Notes: generated from the sequence alone by a model not told the origin. DNA of 55,361 nt from an uncultured Candidatus Saccharibacteria bacterium (GCA_964423885.1 CAYRGD010000001.1:237474-292834), one strand, 5' to 3'; shown: positions 21,595-37,696, counted from the stretch's first letter. Translations and numbers: made by a program.

Positions 21595-24500
21595 CTACTC
21601 CGCCGCTTGCTCTGGTGCCGGCTCGGACGCGAGGTCCGGTTCTTCTTCGGGCAGTTCCGTCAGGTCTTCGTCACGCTCCGACTCCTCGCCCTCTTCGTCG
21701 TCGGCGTCGAGCGCTGCCGAAGGCGGTGCAACCCGCTTGCCGCCGCTCGAGCTCGGGTCGATCCGTGTGCCGTCGGGGCTCACGAGCTCGATGTCGAGGC
21801 CCAAGCTCTGCAACTCGCGAATGAGGACGTAGAACGATGCCGGGATCGACGGCTTGTGAATTTCCTCGCCACGGATGATCGACTCGTACGCCTTGCTCCG
21901 GCCTACGACGTCGTCGGACTTGATCGTCAGCAGCTCCTGGAGCGTGTGCGCCGCGCCGTAGGCTTCGAGCGCCCAGACTTCCATTTCGCCGAAGCGCTGG
22001 CCGCCGAACTGAGCCTTACCGCCGAGCGGTTGCTGCGTGACCATCGAGTAGGGTCCGATCGAGCGGGCATGCATCTTGTCGTCGACAAGGTGGATGAGTT
22101 TCAAGATATAGTTGTAGCCGACCGTGGTCTGCTGGTCGAACGGCTCGCCCGTGCGGCCGTCGTACAGCTGGACCTTGCCGGTGCTCGGCAGGCCGGCGCG
22201 CGCAAGTTCCTCTTGGATTTTGGCTTCTTTGACGCCGTTGAACGCCGGCGACGCAATGCTGTAACCCAGCTCGTGCGCGGCCCAGCCCAGGTGCGTTTCC
22301 AGGATCTGGCCCAGGTTCATACGCGAGACGACGCCGAGCGGGTTCAAGATAAGGTCGACCGGCGTGCCGTCCGGCAAGTACGGCATTTCCGCCTCGGGCA
22401 GAATGATCGAGATGACGCCCTTGTTGCCGTGGCGTCCGGCGAGCTTGTCACCGACCGAGATCTTCCGCATCTGCGCGACCGATACCTCGACTACCTGGTA
22501 GACGCCCGACGACAACTCGTCGCCGCCGTCTTTCGAGAACAGTTTGATATCGACAACCTTGCCCCGCTCGCCGTGCGGCAACCGGAGCGACGTGTCCTTC
22601 ACGTCCTTGGCTTTTTCCCCGAAAATCGCCCGCAAGAGCTTTTCCTCGGCCGACAGCTCGGTCTCGCCCTTGGGCGAAATCTTACCGACCAGGATGTCTC
22701 CGGCACGGATTTCAGCACCGACGCGGACGATCCCCTGTTCATCGAGGTTGCCGAGCGCTTCCTCGCCGACGTTCGGGATGTCACGGGTGATAAGTTCCGG
22801 ACCCAGCTTGGTATCGCGGATCTCGATCGAGTACTTCTCGATGTGGATCGAGGTGAACCGGTCGTCTTTCACGAGCCGTTCCGAAATGATGATGGCGTCT
22901 TCGTAGTTCAAACCGTTGTACGACATGTAGGCTACGAGGACGTTCTGTCCGAGCGCCAGCTCGCCGCCCTCGGTCGACGGGCCATCAGCCAACACCTGGC
23001 CGGCCTTGACCGCCTGGCCGGGCACGACCAGCGGCCGCTGGTTAATACATGTGGCCTGGTTCGAACGGATGAACTTATTGAGCCGGTAGGTGTCATGCGA
23101 GACGCCGTCCTTGGCGCTCACCTCGACCTCGATTTCGCTGCCGCCGACGTAGCTGACAGTGCCGGAGCGACGGGCGACGATCACCGCGCCGGAACTCACC
23201 GCCGCATCGGCTTCGATGCCGGTGCCGACGAGCGGCGCTTGGGGCTTGACCAGCGGTACGGCTTGGCGCTGCATGTTCGAGCCCATGAGCGCGCGGTCCG
23301 GACGGTCGTGCTCGATGAACGGGATGAGCGCGGTCGCGATCGAGATAATCTGCTTCGGCGATACCGAAATGTAGTCGACCTTGTCGGCGCTTTCGAGCAT
23401 CGTCTTGCCGGCGTGGCGGACGATCAGGCGTTCGTCGAGCAGAGTGCCGTCTTTGCCGATAGCAGCAGAGGCCGGCGCAATGACGACGTCGTCCTCGCGG
23501 GACGCGTCAAGGTACTCGATCTGGTCAGTCACGGTGTGCTTCTTGCCGGCGTGGCTGATCTTGAGATACGGCGTCTCGATGAAGCCGTAGCCGTTCACCT
23601 TGCCGTAACTGGCCAGATAGCCGACCAGACCGATGTTCGGGCCTTCCGGCGTCTGGATCGGGCAGATGCGGCCGTAGTGCGAGGTGTGCACGTCGCGGAC
23701 TTCGAAGCCGGCGCGTTCGCGCGACAAACCGCCAGGACCCGTCGCGTTGAGCGTGCGCTTGTGCTCAAGTTCGGCGAGCGGGTTGGTTTGGTTCATGAAC
23801 TGCGACAGCTGCGAGCTCGCGAAGAATTCCTGCAGGATCGCGACGACCGGACGGCTGTTGACGAGCGACGCAGGGGTAACCGTTACGGGATCGGCCACGG
23901 ACATGCGGTCGCGGATAATCCGCTCGGTGCGGAGCAAGCCGACACGGAGCCGCCCTTGCAGCAGCTCGCCCACGGCGCGGACGCGGCGGTTCTTGAGGTG
24001 GTCGATGTCGTCCTGCTGGGCAGTGGGATCGTTGTTGAGGCGGATCATCTCGCGGATCACCTCGACCACGTCGTCGAGCCGCAGCACGCGGAACTCGGTC
24101 GTTTCGGGGTGGTCGAGCCCGAGCCGCTGGTTCATCTTGTATCGGCCGACCTTGCCCAGGTCGTACCGCTTCGGGTTCGAGAGCAGGGTTTCCAAAAACG
24201 TCTTGGCGGTTTCCGGCGTGACCAGATCGCCCGGACGGATCCGCTTGTAGACCTCGACGAGCGCCTCTTCGTAGGTCGAGGCGGGGTCGCGGGCCAGCGT
24301 CGACTCGATGAATTTGTGATCGTCGTTCGTGTCGACGTCCGCGAACAGCGCCTTGATCTTGGCTTCCGACAGGTTGCCGAGCGCGCGGAGCAGGGTCGTG
24401 ACCGGGATTTTGCGCTTGCGGTCGATCTTGACCGACAGGACGTCGCGGTTACTGGTCTCGAACTCGAGCCAGGCACCCCGTGACGGAATGATCTTGGCAC

Positions 24501-24942
24501 CGAAGAGTTGGCGGCCCACCACGTCGTCCGCCACGAACAGCACGCCGTACGACCGTACGATCTGCGACACGACGACGCGTTCGACGCCGTTAATGATGAA
24601 GGTGCCGCGGTCGGTCATGAGCGGGAAGTCGCCGAAGTAGACCTCGCCGCGTTTGGTCTTCTTGGTGACTTTGTTGGTGAGCGTCACCTTGCAGTGAAGG
24701 GACGCCTTATAGGTGAGGTTCCGGGCAAGCGCGGTGGCTTCGGTGATTTTGGGTTGGCCGAGCGTGTAGTCGTCGAACGACAGGGAATAGTTCTCGCCCG
24801 TGATATCCTCGACCGGCGAAATCTCGTCGAACAGTTCCCGCAGCGCCTCCTTAAAGAACCAATCGTACGACTGCGTTTGGATTTCCATCAGGTTCGGCAG
24901 CGGCACCGAGACCGAGGACTCATGAAACTGTGTTCGTGCCAT
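21595..24942 (-). CDS. rpoB: DNA-directed RNA polymerase subunit beta
   Basis: 1115 aa from ATG 24942 ([22 protein letters not shown]), with an AAGGAG SD upstream. [14 protein letters not shown] and other beta motifs are present. The acidic C-terminal tail is ~50 aa. The 84 extra N-terminal codons in the ORF track overlap obg and are rejected. Confidence 0.97.
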   Translation of the reverse strand: MARTQFHESSVSVPLPNLMEIQTQSYDWFFKEALRELFDEISPVEDITGENYSLSFDDYTLGQPKITEATALARNLTYKASLHCKVTLTNKVTKKTKRGEVYFGDFPLMTDRGTFIINGVERVVVSQIVRSYGVLFVADDVVGRQLFGAKIIPSRGAWLEFETSNRDVLSVKIDRKRKIPVTTLLRALGNLSEAKIKALFADVDTNDDHKFIESTLARDPASTYEEALVEVYKRIRPGDLVTPETAKTFLETLLSNPKRYDLGKVGRYKMNQRLGLDHPETTEFRVLRLDDVVEVIREMIRLNNDPTAQQDDIDHLKNRRVRAVGELLQGRLRVGLLRTERIIRDRMSVADPVTVTPASLVNSRPVVAILQEFFASSQLSQFMNQTNPLAELEHKRTLNATGPGGLSRERAGFEVRDVHTSHYGRICPIQTPEGPNIGLVGYLASYGKVNGYGFIETPYLKISHAGKKHTVTDQIEYLDASREDDVVIAPASAAIGKDGTLLDERLIVRHAGKTMLESADKVDYISVSPKQIISIATALIPFIEHDRPDRALMGSNMQRQAVPLVKPQAPLVGTGIEADAAVSSGAVIVARRSGTVSYVGGSEIEVEVSAKDGVSHDTYRLNKFIRSNQATCINQRPLVVPGQAVKAGQVLADGPSTEGGELALGQNVLVAYMSYNGLNYEDAIIISERLVKDDRFTSIHIEKYSIEIRDTKLGPELITRDIPNVGEEALGNLDEQGIVRVGAEIRAGDILVGKISPKGETELSAEEKLLRAIFGEKAKDVKDTSLRLPHGERGKVVDIKLFSKDGGDELSSGVYQVVEVSVAQMRKISVGDKLAGRHGNKGVISIILPEAEMPYLPDGTPVDLILNPLGVVSRMNLGQILETHLGWAAHELGYSIASPAFNGVKEAKIQEELARAGLPSTGKVQLYDGRTGEPFDQQTTVGYNYILKLIHLVDDKMHARSIGPYSMVTQQPLGGKAQFGGQRFGEMEVWALEAYGAAHTLQELLTIKSDDVVGRSKAYESIIRGEEIHKPSIPASFYVLIRELQSLGLDIELVSPDGTRIDPSSSGGKRVAPPSAALDADDEEGEESERDEDLTELPEEEPDLASEPAPEQAAE

Positions 24943-25087
24943 AACGCTCCTTTGTCGTGCGCGCTTGCTGCGACCAACAGCGAAACCACCCACGAGATAT
25001 GGGTACCTTCCAGACGTCAATTTCTGGATGTGTAGTGTTGTGCCACTCCGCTCTCTTCCAAAGAGCCGCCTGCTGTAGCTGGAACCA

Positions 25088-25115
25088 AGTATATACGCCG
25101 CGCGCGGCCTGTCAA
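25088..25115 (-). promoter_or_regulatory. Putative rpoBC promoter overlapping the obg stop
   Basis: On the minus strand, TTGACA (25115-25110), 16 nt, TATACT (25093-25088). This would give a ~140-nt leader to the rpoB ATG. Confidence 0.5.
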
Positions 25116-26119
25116 GCGGATGGGCGGGCGGCCAGGCTGCGCATGGAGGCGCCGATCCGTCGGAGCAATTCGTCGATCCCCTCGCCGCTCGCACTACTCA
25201 CCGCAATCGGATCGAGCCGATGGAGCGTCTGCAGCAGCATTCGCTTCCGGTCGTCGTCGATCGTATCGGCCCGAGACAGGACCACGATTTCCGGCAAGGC
25301 GGCGAGTTGCGGATCGAACGCGGCCAATTCCTCGCGGATCGTGCGGTAGGACGCGTCAGGGTCGTCGTGCTGGGCATCGACAAGATGGACGAGCACGGTG
25401 GTCCGCAACAGGTGCCGTAAGAACCGGTGGCCCAACCCCTTGCCTTGGGCGGCGCCCTCGATCAATCCCGGGATATCCGCCATGACGACGCGGTCGTCAC
25501 CCAGATCCACCATGCCAAGATGCGGCTCAAGCGTCGTGAACGGGTAATCGGCCACCTTCGGCTTGGCAGCGCTCAGGCGGCCGAGCAGCGTCGACTTGCC
25601 GGCATTCGGCATGCCGACCAGACCGACGTCGGCCAGGTGCTGCACCACCAGGTGGAGTGTTTTTTCTTCGCCTGGAACACCGGGCGTCGCGTACCGGGGC
25701 GTCTGGTCGACGCTGTTGGCGAAGTGGACATTGCCACGTCCGCCACGGCCGCCGCGCGCGGCCAGGAACCGCGGCTCCTGGACCGTACCCAGGTCGACAA
25801 GCAGCTTCTCGCCGCCGCCAGCAGTCACCTCGGATACGACCGTGCCGGGCGGCACCTCGATCTCGATGCTCCCGCCCGACTTGCCATGTTCACGACGGCC
25901 GCGGCCAGCCTCACCGGATTCCGCCGAGAACTCCTTGTGGGCCTGCGCACGGGCCAACCCGTGCATACTTTCTTTGACCGTGAGGTACACATGGCCGCCG
26001 TCGCCGCCGTCGCCGCCGTCCGGGCCGCCTTTCGGGATGAATTTTTCACGACGGAACGAGACGGACCCGTTGCCGCCTTTGCCCGCCCGGACCCGAATGA
26101 TCGCTTCGTCGACAAACAT
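25112..26119 (-). CDS. obg: GTPase Obg/CgtA
   Basis: 335 aa with the Gly-rich Obg fold [42 protein letters not shown] and the G domain GMPNAGKST. Confidence 0.95.
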   Translation of the reverse strand: MFVDEAIIRVRAGKGGNGSVSFRREKFIPKGGPDGGDGGDGGHVYLTVKESMHGLARAQAHKEFSAESGEAGRGRREHGKSGGSIEIEVPPGTVVSEVTAGGGEKLLVDLGTVQEPRFLAARGGRGGRGNVHFANSVDQTPRYATPGVPGEEKTLHLVVQHLADVGLVGMPNAGKSTLLGRLSAAKPKVADYPFTTLEPHLGMVDLGDDRVVMADIPGLIEGAAQGKGLGHRFLRHLLRTTVLVHLVDAQHDDPDASYRTIREELAAFDPQLAALPEIVVLSRADTIDDDRKRMLLQTLHRLDPIAVSSASGEGIDELLRRIGASMRSLAARPSA

Positions 26120-26152
26120 GCCATACAGGATAGCGGCAGTGACGCGGAAATG

Positions 26153-27157
26153 CTAGAGGAACGGGTCGACCGCCTTGCCGTTCACCCGTGTTTCGAAGTG
26201 CAAGTGCGGACCTGTCGAGAATCCGGTATTGCCCGACCAGCCGATTAGTGCACCTTGGTCCACGGTCTCCCCGACGCTGACACCGATCTTGGACAGGTGC
26301 GCGTAGCGGGTGGTCACGCCGCCCCCGTGGTCGACTAGGATCGAGTTGCCGAAGCCGCCCGCCCAGCCTCCGGTGATCTGGATGACCTTGCCGTCTTGCG
26401 CCGCCTTGACCGGCGTCCCGACCGGTGCGTCGTAGTCGATACCGAAATGGTCGCGCTGGAGCCGACGGGCAATAACGCGGTAGTTGATCGGCACGATAAA
26501 GTGCATGCCCGCCGCCCGGTCGAATCCGGTAGCTGCGTTCGTCTTCGTCGTTTTCTTGGCAGCGGCAAGCTGGGCGGCCTTCTGCAGTTCGGCTTCCTTT
26601 TCCTTCTGCGCATTGAGCGCGAGCAGCCATTCCTTGGAATCCGACGTATCTTCGGCCGGTATCGCGAGCGACGCGCCCGGATGCAAGGATTCCAGGCTTG
26701 CCGGCGTCAATTCGTTCCGCTCAGCAATGGTCGCGACGTGCAACCCGAACTTGTCGGCGATGCCGGTAATCGTGTCGCCTGCCTGCACGGTATAGGTCTG
26801 CTCAAGCTTCGTCGCTTCGGTCACAAACGGATGGTCATTTCCGCTCGGCGTCAGATAGCCGTCGCGCGCAGCCGTCAACGCCTTCCCGTCGAGTCTGGTA
26901 TCGCCTTCGGTACTGTCCGGATTCGCGGCGAGCACGTACTGCTGCGGATCGACCTGCACTGCGTTCCAGGCTACGACCGCCATGGCAAGAAACAAGAAAA
27001 ACCCTGCGGGCGATACCGCCAGGCGCTGATAACGTTTGACCGAGGCGGTCGTAGTGGTTTTGACGCGCTCGACGGAACAGAGAACGTTCGAAGAAAGAGT
27101 AGGAATATCCCCTCCTAACGACTCGTCATAGCCTAGCACGAACAGCTCGCGACGCAA
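26153..27157 (-). CDS. LysM domain-containing M23 family metallopeptidase
   Basis: N-terminal TM, a LysM domain (YTVQAGDTITGIADKFGLHVATIAERNEL), and M23 motifs HFGIDYDAPVGTPV and GNTGFSTGPHLHFE. Confidence 0.88.
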   Translation of the reverse strand: MRRELFVLGYDESLGGDIPTLSSNVLCSVERVKTTTTASVKRYQRLAVSPAGFFLFLAMAVVAWNAVQVDPQQYVLAANPDSTEGDTRLDGKALTAARDGYLTPSGNDHPFVTEATKLEQTYTVQAGDTITGIADKFGLHVATIAERNELTPASLESLHPGASLAIPAEDTSDSKEWLLALNAQKEKEAELQKAAQLAAAKKTTKTNAATGFDRAAGMHFIVPINYRVIARRLQRDHFGIDYDAPVGTPVKAAQDGKVIQITGGWAGGFGNSILVDHGGGVTTRYAHLSKIGVSVGETVDQGALIGWSGNTGFSTGPHLHFETRVNGKAVDPFL

Positions 27158-27175
27158 TGCCTGCGCCGTATATGG

Positions 27176-29041
27176 TCAATTCTCGGAATTATCCACATCC
27201 GCGACTGCGGACTGGCTTCGGACAACCGCCCGCTCTTCTTCGACGAGGAACCGTAGTACGTCGCCGATCTCGACCGGCGTAGCCGTCGTAAGAGCCAGAC
27301 CGCACTCTTCCCCCTGCGGCACTGCGGCCGCCGGCTGCTGGCCGCGCTGGACTGTCGTGACGGTTCCCTTCCCGACCGACTCTCCGGCCCGCTCGATCGT
27401 GACCGACGCGCCGCTACGTGCCTCGCCGGTTTTCACGACGCCGCCCAGGATCTTTACGGTCTTCGTGGTCCGGAAGAGCGCCTTGACCGCCAGCTGACCT
27501 ACCTCGACCTGGACACGCTCGCGATGAACCGCGCCTTCGGCAAGCGATCGGACAAAATCCGTCAGTTCGTAAATGACATCATAGGCGTTTACCATCACGC
27601 TGTGCTGTTCAGCTAACCGCTTCGCGGTCGATACCATACCTGTATGGAACGCCAGGATGCTCGCCTGTGAGGCTGCTGCCAAATGGATGTCGGATTCGGT
27701 CACCTGTCCGACGCCGGCGTGAAGGATTCTGACAGTAACGCCAGGCACTTCGATCGCCTCGATCGCGCTGCGGACCGCCTTGAGCGAACCGTCAACGTCG
27801 GTCTTGAGGACAAGCGCAAGCTCGCCCGCCTCGTCCGGCGCATCGGCAGCAGCCGTCCGTACCGTCCGGCGACCGGCAAGTGCGCGTTGCCGGGCAATGT
27901 CACGGGCTTGCTTTTCAGACGCATAGGCCTCGAACCGTTCGCCGAAGCCGGGTACATCGGCCAAGCCGGCTACTTGGATCGGGGTCGCCGGCCCGACTTG
28001 GCTAAATCGTTCACCCGACTCGTTACGTAGCAAGCGTACTTTGCCGTAGACCGGCCCGATCACGATATTGTCACCCACGGCGAGCGAGCCGCGCTGGACG
28101 AGCACGGTCGCGACCGGCCCGATGCCAGGCGCCTTGTGCGACTCGATCACGACCCCGCTCGCCAGTCCAGTATCCGGCGCCTTGAGATCTGCCAGGTCGG
28201 CGACCAACAGGACCGTGTCGAGCAGCGCATCGATGCCAGTCTTTTGCTTGGCCGACACCGGCACGACGGGGGTCTTGCCGCCCCAATCTTCCGGCTGCAG
28301 GCCGAGCTCGACAAGCTCTGCCTTCACGCGGTCGGGATTCGCTTCAGGTTTGTCGATCTTGTTGAGCGCAACGATGACCGGCACGTTCGCCGCCCGTGCG
28401 TGCGACAACGCCTCCGCGGTCTGCGGCTTAACGCCGTCGTCGGCCGCAACGACCAAGATAGCGATATCCGTCATAGTCGCGCCATGGGCTCGCAGGGCCG
28501 AGAATGCTTCGTGGCCAGGAGTATCCAAAAAGGTGATCGGCCGGTCGGCGCCGTCGTTCCCATGCCACCGCACTTGATATGCCCCGATGTGCTGCGTGAT
28601 CCCGCCCGACTCACCCGAAGCGACATTCGCCTCTCGGATGGAGTCGAGGAGCGTCGTTTTGCCATGGTCCACATGCCCAAGCACTGCCACGACCGGCGGA
28701 CGCGGGGCAGCATCGGCGTTGTCAGCACGCGCTTCGACGGGCTCAGCCCGGCCGGATACCGCCAACGACAAATCCTCTGCTAGGATCTCGACGGTTTCAC
28801 GGTCAATCGAGTCGTTGATGCTTGCGATGACGCCGTTCCGGAGCAAGGCGGCGATAATCTCACCGGCCGTCCGGCCGGATACCTTGGACAACTCGCCCAC
28901 CGCGATCGTACGTGGGACCTCGATCGCGACGGTCGGGCGCACGAATTCACGTTGCGGCTGGCTCTCGGCTGGTCGATCGCCGGCCTTCTTGAGCGCCTTC
29001 GTTTCCTTTTTGCTCAATTTCCGCTGTTTACGTCGTGCCAT
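27176..29041 (-). CDS. infB: Translation initiation factor IF-2
   Basis: 621 aa with the G domain [20 protein letters not shown] and NKID, and IF-2 C-terminal domains. Confidence 0.96.
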   Translation of the reverse strand: MARRKQRKLSKKETKALKKAGDRPAESQPQREFVRPTVAIEVPRTIAVGELSKVSGRTAGEIIAALLRNGVIASINDSIDRETVEILAEDLSLAVSGRAEPVEARADNADAAPRPPVVAVLGHVDHGKTTLLDSIREANVASGESGGITQHIGAYQVRWHGNDGADRPITFLDTPGHEAFSALRAHGATMTDIAILVVAADDGVKPQTAEALSHARAANVPVIVALNKIDKPEANPDRVKAELVELGLQPEDWGGKTPVVPVSAKQKTGIDALLDTVLLVADLADLKAPDTGLASGVVIESHKAPGIGPVATVLVQRGSLAVGDNIVIGPVYGKVRLLRNESGERFSQVGPATPIQVAGLADVPGFGERFEAYASEKQARDIARQRALAGRRTVRTAAADAPDEAGELALVLKTDVDGSLKAVRSAIEAIEVPGVTVRILHAGVGQVTESDIHLAAASQASILAFHTGMVSTAKRLAEQHSVMVNAYDVIYELTDFVRSLAEGAVHRERVQVEVGQLAVKALFRTTKTVKILGGVVKTGEARSGASVTIERAGESVGKGTVTTVQRGQQPAAAVPQGEECGLALTTATPVEIGDVLRFLVEEERAVVRSQSAVADVDNSEN

Positions 29042-29080
29042 GGTTTACGACTTCTTTCTTGCTACGTCTCGTACCGGAGC

Positions 29081-29091
29081 AGTATACCACC
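29081..29091 (-). promoter_or_regulatory. Extended -10 element GGTGGTATACT upstream of infB
   Basis: The minus strand reads CGGTGGTATACT about 35-40 nt upstream of the infB ATG. The identical 12-mer recurs upstream of gyrB. Confidence 0.45.
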
Positions 29092-29116
29092 GATACATAA
29101 TATATACGACCGTGAT

Positions 29117-31633
<2,517 letters not shown>

Positions 31634-31639
31634 ATGTCC

Positions 31640-33691
<2,052 letters not shown>

Positions 33692-33713
33692 CTACAACGA
33701 ACGTACTAGGCGT

Positions 33714-33724
33714 AGTATACCACC
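33714..33724 (-). promoter_or_regulatory. Extended -10 element GGTGGTATACT upstream of gyrB
   Basis: The minus strand reads CGGTGGTATACT about 55 nt upstream of the gyrB ATG. Same 12-mer as upstream of infB. Confidence 0.45.
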
Positions 33725-33739
33725 GCATGCAAGCCGTCA

Positions 33740-35077
33740 CTAGCGCGACCCCGGCCCTATGACGATGTCGTGCACGATGTCCCCAGCGAACAACGTGCTC
33801 CCATCGAGCGCCACGGAAACCCGTTCACTCATGACGCCGGATTGCTTCTGAACGCGCAACGAGTACGGCGCCGGCAACGACGGCACCACATAGGTGAGCT
33901 TGAGCGTACTCGTGTAACCGGGATCGGTCGTCACTCGGGTACCGAATACCGTCTTCCCGGCTTCGACCGTCTCGTCGACGCCGGCGAGCGGCTGGCCGTT
34001 CAATTCGGCTGCCACAAACAAGCTTCCCTTGGGGACAGCCGCCCGAAGGTAGCTGGCATTGGCTGCGTCGGTTGCCACACCGGTATGAGTCCGCTCGACC
34101 GACAGTACATGGCGGTACGAACCGTCGGCCTGTCTATCGACGGCAAGCCGGACCATTTCGCTCATGAAGCGGTTGCTCTTGGTCGGCGCGACCAGCTCAT
34201 TATTGATAAGCAGGTAGTCGCTAGCGGTATCCGCCACCGCGCCGCCCCAGCCATACCCAAGGATGCGGGATTCGACCAGCGGATCGACATGGAAGACCTG
34301 CACGTGCCGCTCGGCAAACTCCTGGCCGAGCAACCGGGGCAGGCGTAGCGCGGCCAGCGGAAACGCTGCGCGCCGAACGAGCGCATGCGCGAGATCGGCA
34401 AGAATCGCCTTCGGTTCGTTGACCGCCTGCTGCGCAGGATCAAGGAAGTAGTCGTGCTCAATCTGGGCCGACAGGACGCTGAAGAAGGTATCGGCGGTGA
34501 GCGGCTCGGCAAGTCCGGGAACGGCCACCGGGCCAGTTAGCCGGAGCACATCCTGGACGACGCTCGCATTCACCGCGACGACGCCGTCGACCGGTCCGCC
34601 GCCTTCCTGCTCGTAGAACCAGGCAACGCGCCTGGCCGCGTCGCGGAAGTCGAGGTCGTAGTTGGCATCGCGCATCGCGAGCTTGTCCGACAGCGGCATG
34701 AGTGGCGGCGGCATGGCGATCGCGTACCGCTGCGTGAACGCCGCGTCCCGCTTGTAAATATTCGTGTCGATCATGTAGCGGTCGACGCCGAACCGGCCGA
34801 TATCGACAACGGCGAAGCTGCCAAGGAACCCGCCGCTCGACCGGAGCTCGGCGTTGTTCTGGAAGAGCACCAGGTAATGGCCGGGTGGCAGCATCGACCG
34901 GACGCGGAACAGAAGGCGGAGATCGGACCCGACCATCACCGCAAGGACGACGCCAGCTACCACGCCGACTCCAGCCAGACCTGCGACGACGCGAGAAAAC
35001 CGGACGCGGCCCGTCGGGAACCGCCAAGGACGCGGCGGCGGCGTTGCCGGTCGGATGCCGTCGACCGGTCCGCTCAT
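33740..35077 (-). CDS. DUF4012-like membrane-anchored envelope protein
   Basis: 445 aa from ATG 35077 (MSGPVDGIRP..., then TM VVAGLAGVGVVAGVVLAVMV). Its ATG overlaps the upstream GT stop as ATGA. The block LFQNNAELRSSGGFLGSFAVVD resembles the DUF4012 family as I recall it. The 160 extra N-terminal codons in the track are rejected. Confidence 0.6.
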   Translation of the reverse strand: MSGPVDGIRPATPPPRPWRFPTGRVRFSRVVAGLAGVGVVAGVVLAVMVGSDLRLLFRVRSMLPPGHYLVLFQNNAELRSSGGFLGSFAVVDIGRFGVDRYMIDTNIYKRDAAFTQRYAIAMPPPLMPLSDKLAMRDANYDLDFRDAARRVAWFYEQEGGGPVDGVVAVNASVVQDVLRLTGPVAVPGLAEPLTADTFFSVLSAQIEHDYFLDPAQQAVNEPKAILADLAHALVRRAAFPLAALRLPRLLGQEFAERHVQVFHVDPLVESRILGYGWGGAVADTASDYLLINNELVAPTKSNRFMSEMVRLAVDRQADGSYRHVLSVERTHTGVATDAANASYLRAAVPKGSLFVAAELNGQPLAGVDETVEAGKTVFGTRVTTDPGYTSTLKLTYVVPSLPAPYSLRVQKQSGVMSERVSVALDGSTLFAGDIVHDIVIGPGSR

Positions 35078-36237
35078 CGCGCGCCTGAAGTCGTACGGTC
35101 GGACAGGTGCTGGAAACGCCAGGTGTCGAACACGTCGTCGATCACCGTCTCGACCTTGGCACGGAACCGGGCCACGTCGAACGCGGCGACATGGGCGCGG
35201 ATAGCAGCCGCCCGATACCGCTGCCAGTCGTACCGCATAAGCGCGGCAGAGAGCGCTTCCGGTGTCTGTTCGTCGAAGAACTCGCCTGATACGCCGGATT
35301 TGACCGATTCGAGCGCGCCCCCCTTGCCGTAGGCAAGTACCGGCCGACCGGCGGCCATCGCTTCGAGCGGGGTGATCCCAGCATCCTCTTCTTGCGAAAA
35401 GACGAACACGCGGGCCTCGCCGTAGAGCTTCGGGAGCGCGTCGTCGGGGACACGGCCGAGAAATTCTATCGTGGGATACCGCTTGTACCGCTCCCGGAGC
35501 TCCGCGAGCCTTGTGCCCGACCCGGCCACCTTGAGCGGCAACTTGGCGGCCAGACATGCATCGGCGACAAGGTCGAGCCGCTTGTACGGCTCGATCCGCG
35601 ACAGGGCAAAGACGTAGTCCTTCGGTGTGAACGTTCCCGAAAACCGGTCCGTATCCACAAATGGAAAGATTACAGCATCCGGTTCACGGTCGTAGTAGCG
35701 CTTCGTCTGTTCGGCGACGTTCCGTGAGTTGGCGATATAGGCGTGCGGACGCTGGGCCGCGGCATAGTCCCAACGCTTGAGGCGACGCAGTACCGGACCG
35801 ACGAACGGCCGCACCACGGCCGGGATCGGCGCGTCACGGACGTAGCTGTCTTGCACGGACCACAGGTAGCGGGTCGGGGTGTGCAGGTAGCACAGGTGCG
35901 GCACGCCCGGCGGCGCCAGGACGCCCTTTGCGAACGCCGATGCGTCCGACAACACAAGGTCGAGGTCGCCCGGCAAGACCAAGCGCTCTGTCGCCCAGTC
36001 CATGACTGGGAGATACCACTTGAACCGCGTCCGCGCGAACGGCATTCCCTGCAACGGCGAGGTGACGATCCGATCAGGCTCGAACAGGTCGGGACCGATC
36101 TTGGCGGGATCATGGATAAGCGTGTAGATCCGTGCGTCCGGGAACATCCGGGCGAATTCGGCCAAGACCCGTTCCGCACCGCCGAACTGCGTCAGGAACT
36201 CGTGGACCAATGCAACGCGCAACCCACGGCGCGACAC
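35074..36237 (-). CDS. Glycosyltransferase family 4-like
   Basis: 387 aa. The N-terminus RVALVHEFLTQFGGAERV and the C-terminal EEDAGITPLEAMAAGRPVLAYGKGGALE (E-x7-E-type region) are typical of GT4/GT-B enzymes. Confidence 0.8.
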   Translation of the reverse strand: MSRRGLRVALVHEFLTQFGGAERVLAEFARMFPDARIYTLIHDPAKIGPDLFEPDRIVTSPLQGMPFARTRFKWYLPVMDWATERLVLPGDLDLVLSDASAFAKGVLAPPGVPHLCYLHTPTRYLWSVQDSYVRDAPIPAVVRPFVGPVLRRLKRWDYAAAQRPHAYIANSRNVAEQTKRYYDREPDAVIFPFVDTDRFSGTFTPKDYVFALSRIEPYKRLDLVADACLAAKLPLKVAGSGTRLAELRERYKRYPTIEFLGRVPDDALPKLYGEARVFVFSQEEDAGITPLEAMAAGRPVLAYGKGGALESVKSGVSGEFFDEQTPEALSAALMRYDWQRYRAAAIRAHVAAFDVARFRAKVETVIDDVFDTWRFQHLSDRTTSGAR

Positions 36238-36238
36238 G

Positions 36239-37675
36239 CTATGCCGCCTTCCGCTTCTGGAGCAGCACGAACGGCGTTTTCACGAAAATGCCGAAGTCGA
36301 ACCAGGGCGACCAGTTCTCGATGTAGCTCACGTCAAGCCGTGCCTCGTCGTCGAAATCAAGGTCGGACCGGCCCGAAATCTGCGCCAAGCCGGTAATGCC
36401 CGGCTTGATCGTGAACAGTTTTTCCTGCCAGGCCTTGTAGCGGGCCACTTCGCGCGGCTGGTGCGGGCGCGGCCCGACCAGGCTCATCGTGCCAAAGAGG
36501 ACGTTGAAGAACTGCGGCAGTTCGTCGAGGCTGGTCCGCCGGAGCAGATCGCCGATCGGGGTAAGCCTGGGGTCGTTGGCTATCTTATAGACTGCGCCTT
36601 TGCGCGTGTTCTGCTGCTTGATGATAGCGGCCTCACGCTGCAACGCTTCGGCCCCGCCGTACTCGCTGCCCGTGCAATACTCGATCCGCATCGTCCGGAA
36701 CTTGTACGTATGGAACAGGCGCTTGTCTTGGCCGACCCGTTCGTTCTTGTAGATCACAGGGCCGGGCGAGGTCAATCTGACCGCGAGGGCAGTAAGGAGC
36801 ATAACCGGCGACAGCACGGCGATCGCCAGCGCGGATCCGGCAACGTCGGCGACCCGTTTCAGGAGCTTCCCCCAACCAGACAGCGGCGTCCGTTCGATCG
36901 TGATGAGCGGGATGCCGGCGACAGGCTGATACCTTACATGGAGCGTCTGGACGCCGACAAGGTTCGGCGTCAGCCGGAGATCGATCCGTTGTTCATTGCT
37001 TACCGACAGGACAGCCAGCATCTTGGCGGTGGTCAGCGTGGAGTCGGCCAGGATGAGCTCGTGCGGCCCGTACGACGCCGCCACGGCCGGCAGCGTCTCG
37101 ATCGTACCGAGCCGCTTGCCAGGCATCGGCTCGCCCGCATGGGCCACGGTCGCGACGTATCCCAGATACCGGTAGCCGAGCGCCGTATTCGTCTTGAATT
37201 CCTCGGCCAGCTGCGCGCCGATACTGGTATCGCCGATCACGACCACCGGCCGCAGGCCGAACCCACTCGCAAACAACAGCTCCTGCAGTTGCCGCGCGGC
37301 CCACCGGCCGAGCCAGACGAACAGGAGTGAGCAGACGTAGGCATAGAGGAGGATGACTCGGGAATTGAGTTCGGTATTGGTCAGGAAGATCGTAGCCATC
37401 ACCAGCAGGACACCTAAGGACACGCCCACGAAGATGCCGGCGAACTCGTCGAGGCCGCGGCGAACCGACCCGACCCGGTACAAACCTTCGAGTCCGAAGG
37501 CGACCAACCAGAACGGCAGTACGGACAGGACGAAGTAGCTGTACTGCGAAAACGGCAGCAGGTAGATGACATCGGTCTGCAGACGCAGCCAGTACGCGAC
37601 CAAGAACGCCGCCACGATCATGGCAGCGTCGATCGGGATGAGCAGCAGGCTGGCCGCCAATTCATCGCGTTTCAT
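36239..37675 (-). CDS. Polyprenyl-phosphate hexose-1-phosphate transferase (bacterial sugar transferase, WbaP/EpsL-like)
   Basis: 478 aa with several N-terminal TM helices and the C-terminal Bac_transf block RLTSPGPVIYKNERVGQDKRLFHTYKFRTM...DELPQFFNVLFGTMSLVGPRP. Confidence 0.88.
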   Translation of the reverse strand: MKRDELAASLLLIPIDAAMIVAAFLVAYWLRLQTDVIYLLPFSQYSYFVLSVLPFWLVAFGLEGLYRVGSVRRGLDEFAGIFVGVSLGVLLVMATIFLTNTELNSRVILLYAYVCSLLFVWLGRWAARQLQELLFASGFGLRPVVVIGDTSIGAQLAEEFKTNTALGYRYLGYVATVAHAGEPMPGKRLGTIETLPAVAASYGPHELILADSTLTTAKMLAVLSVSNEQRIDLRLTPNLVGVQTLHVRYQPVAGIPLITIERTPLSGWGKLLKRVADVAGSALAIAVLSPVMLLTALAVRLTSPGPVIYKNERVGQDKRLFHTYKFRTMRIEYCTGSEYGGAEALQREAAIIKQQNTRKGAVYKIANDPRLTPIGDLLRRTSLDELPQFFNVLFGTMSLVGPRPHQPREVARYKAWQEKLFTIKPGITGLAQISGRSDLDFDDEARLDVSYIENWSPWFDFGIFVKTPFVLLQKRKAA

Positions 37676-37696
37676 GACGTAGTTATCTTACCAAAT

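Noticed and set aside
24943-25194. N-terminal extensions offered by the ORF track. These are rpoB to 25194, DUF4012 protein to 35557, str-operon ORF to 17065, giant gene to 12429, fusA to 16266, murB to 48819, uvrA to 52275 and the FtsX permease from 42800.
   Set aside because: The extensions overlap upstream genes, a terminator hairpin or RNase P RNA, and read as Arg/Pro-rich junk. Internal ATGs with good SD motifs or ATGA stop-start overlaps coincide with the start of family homology.
26046-26630. A 194-aa ORF and other frames overlapping the obg/M23 peptidase region. Similar alternate-frame ORFs lie inside 33740-36400 and 42800-44600.
   Set aside because: These are out-of-frame overlaps with genes that carry clear family motifs, another high-GC frame artefact.
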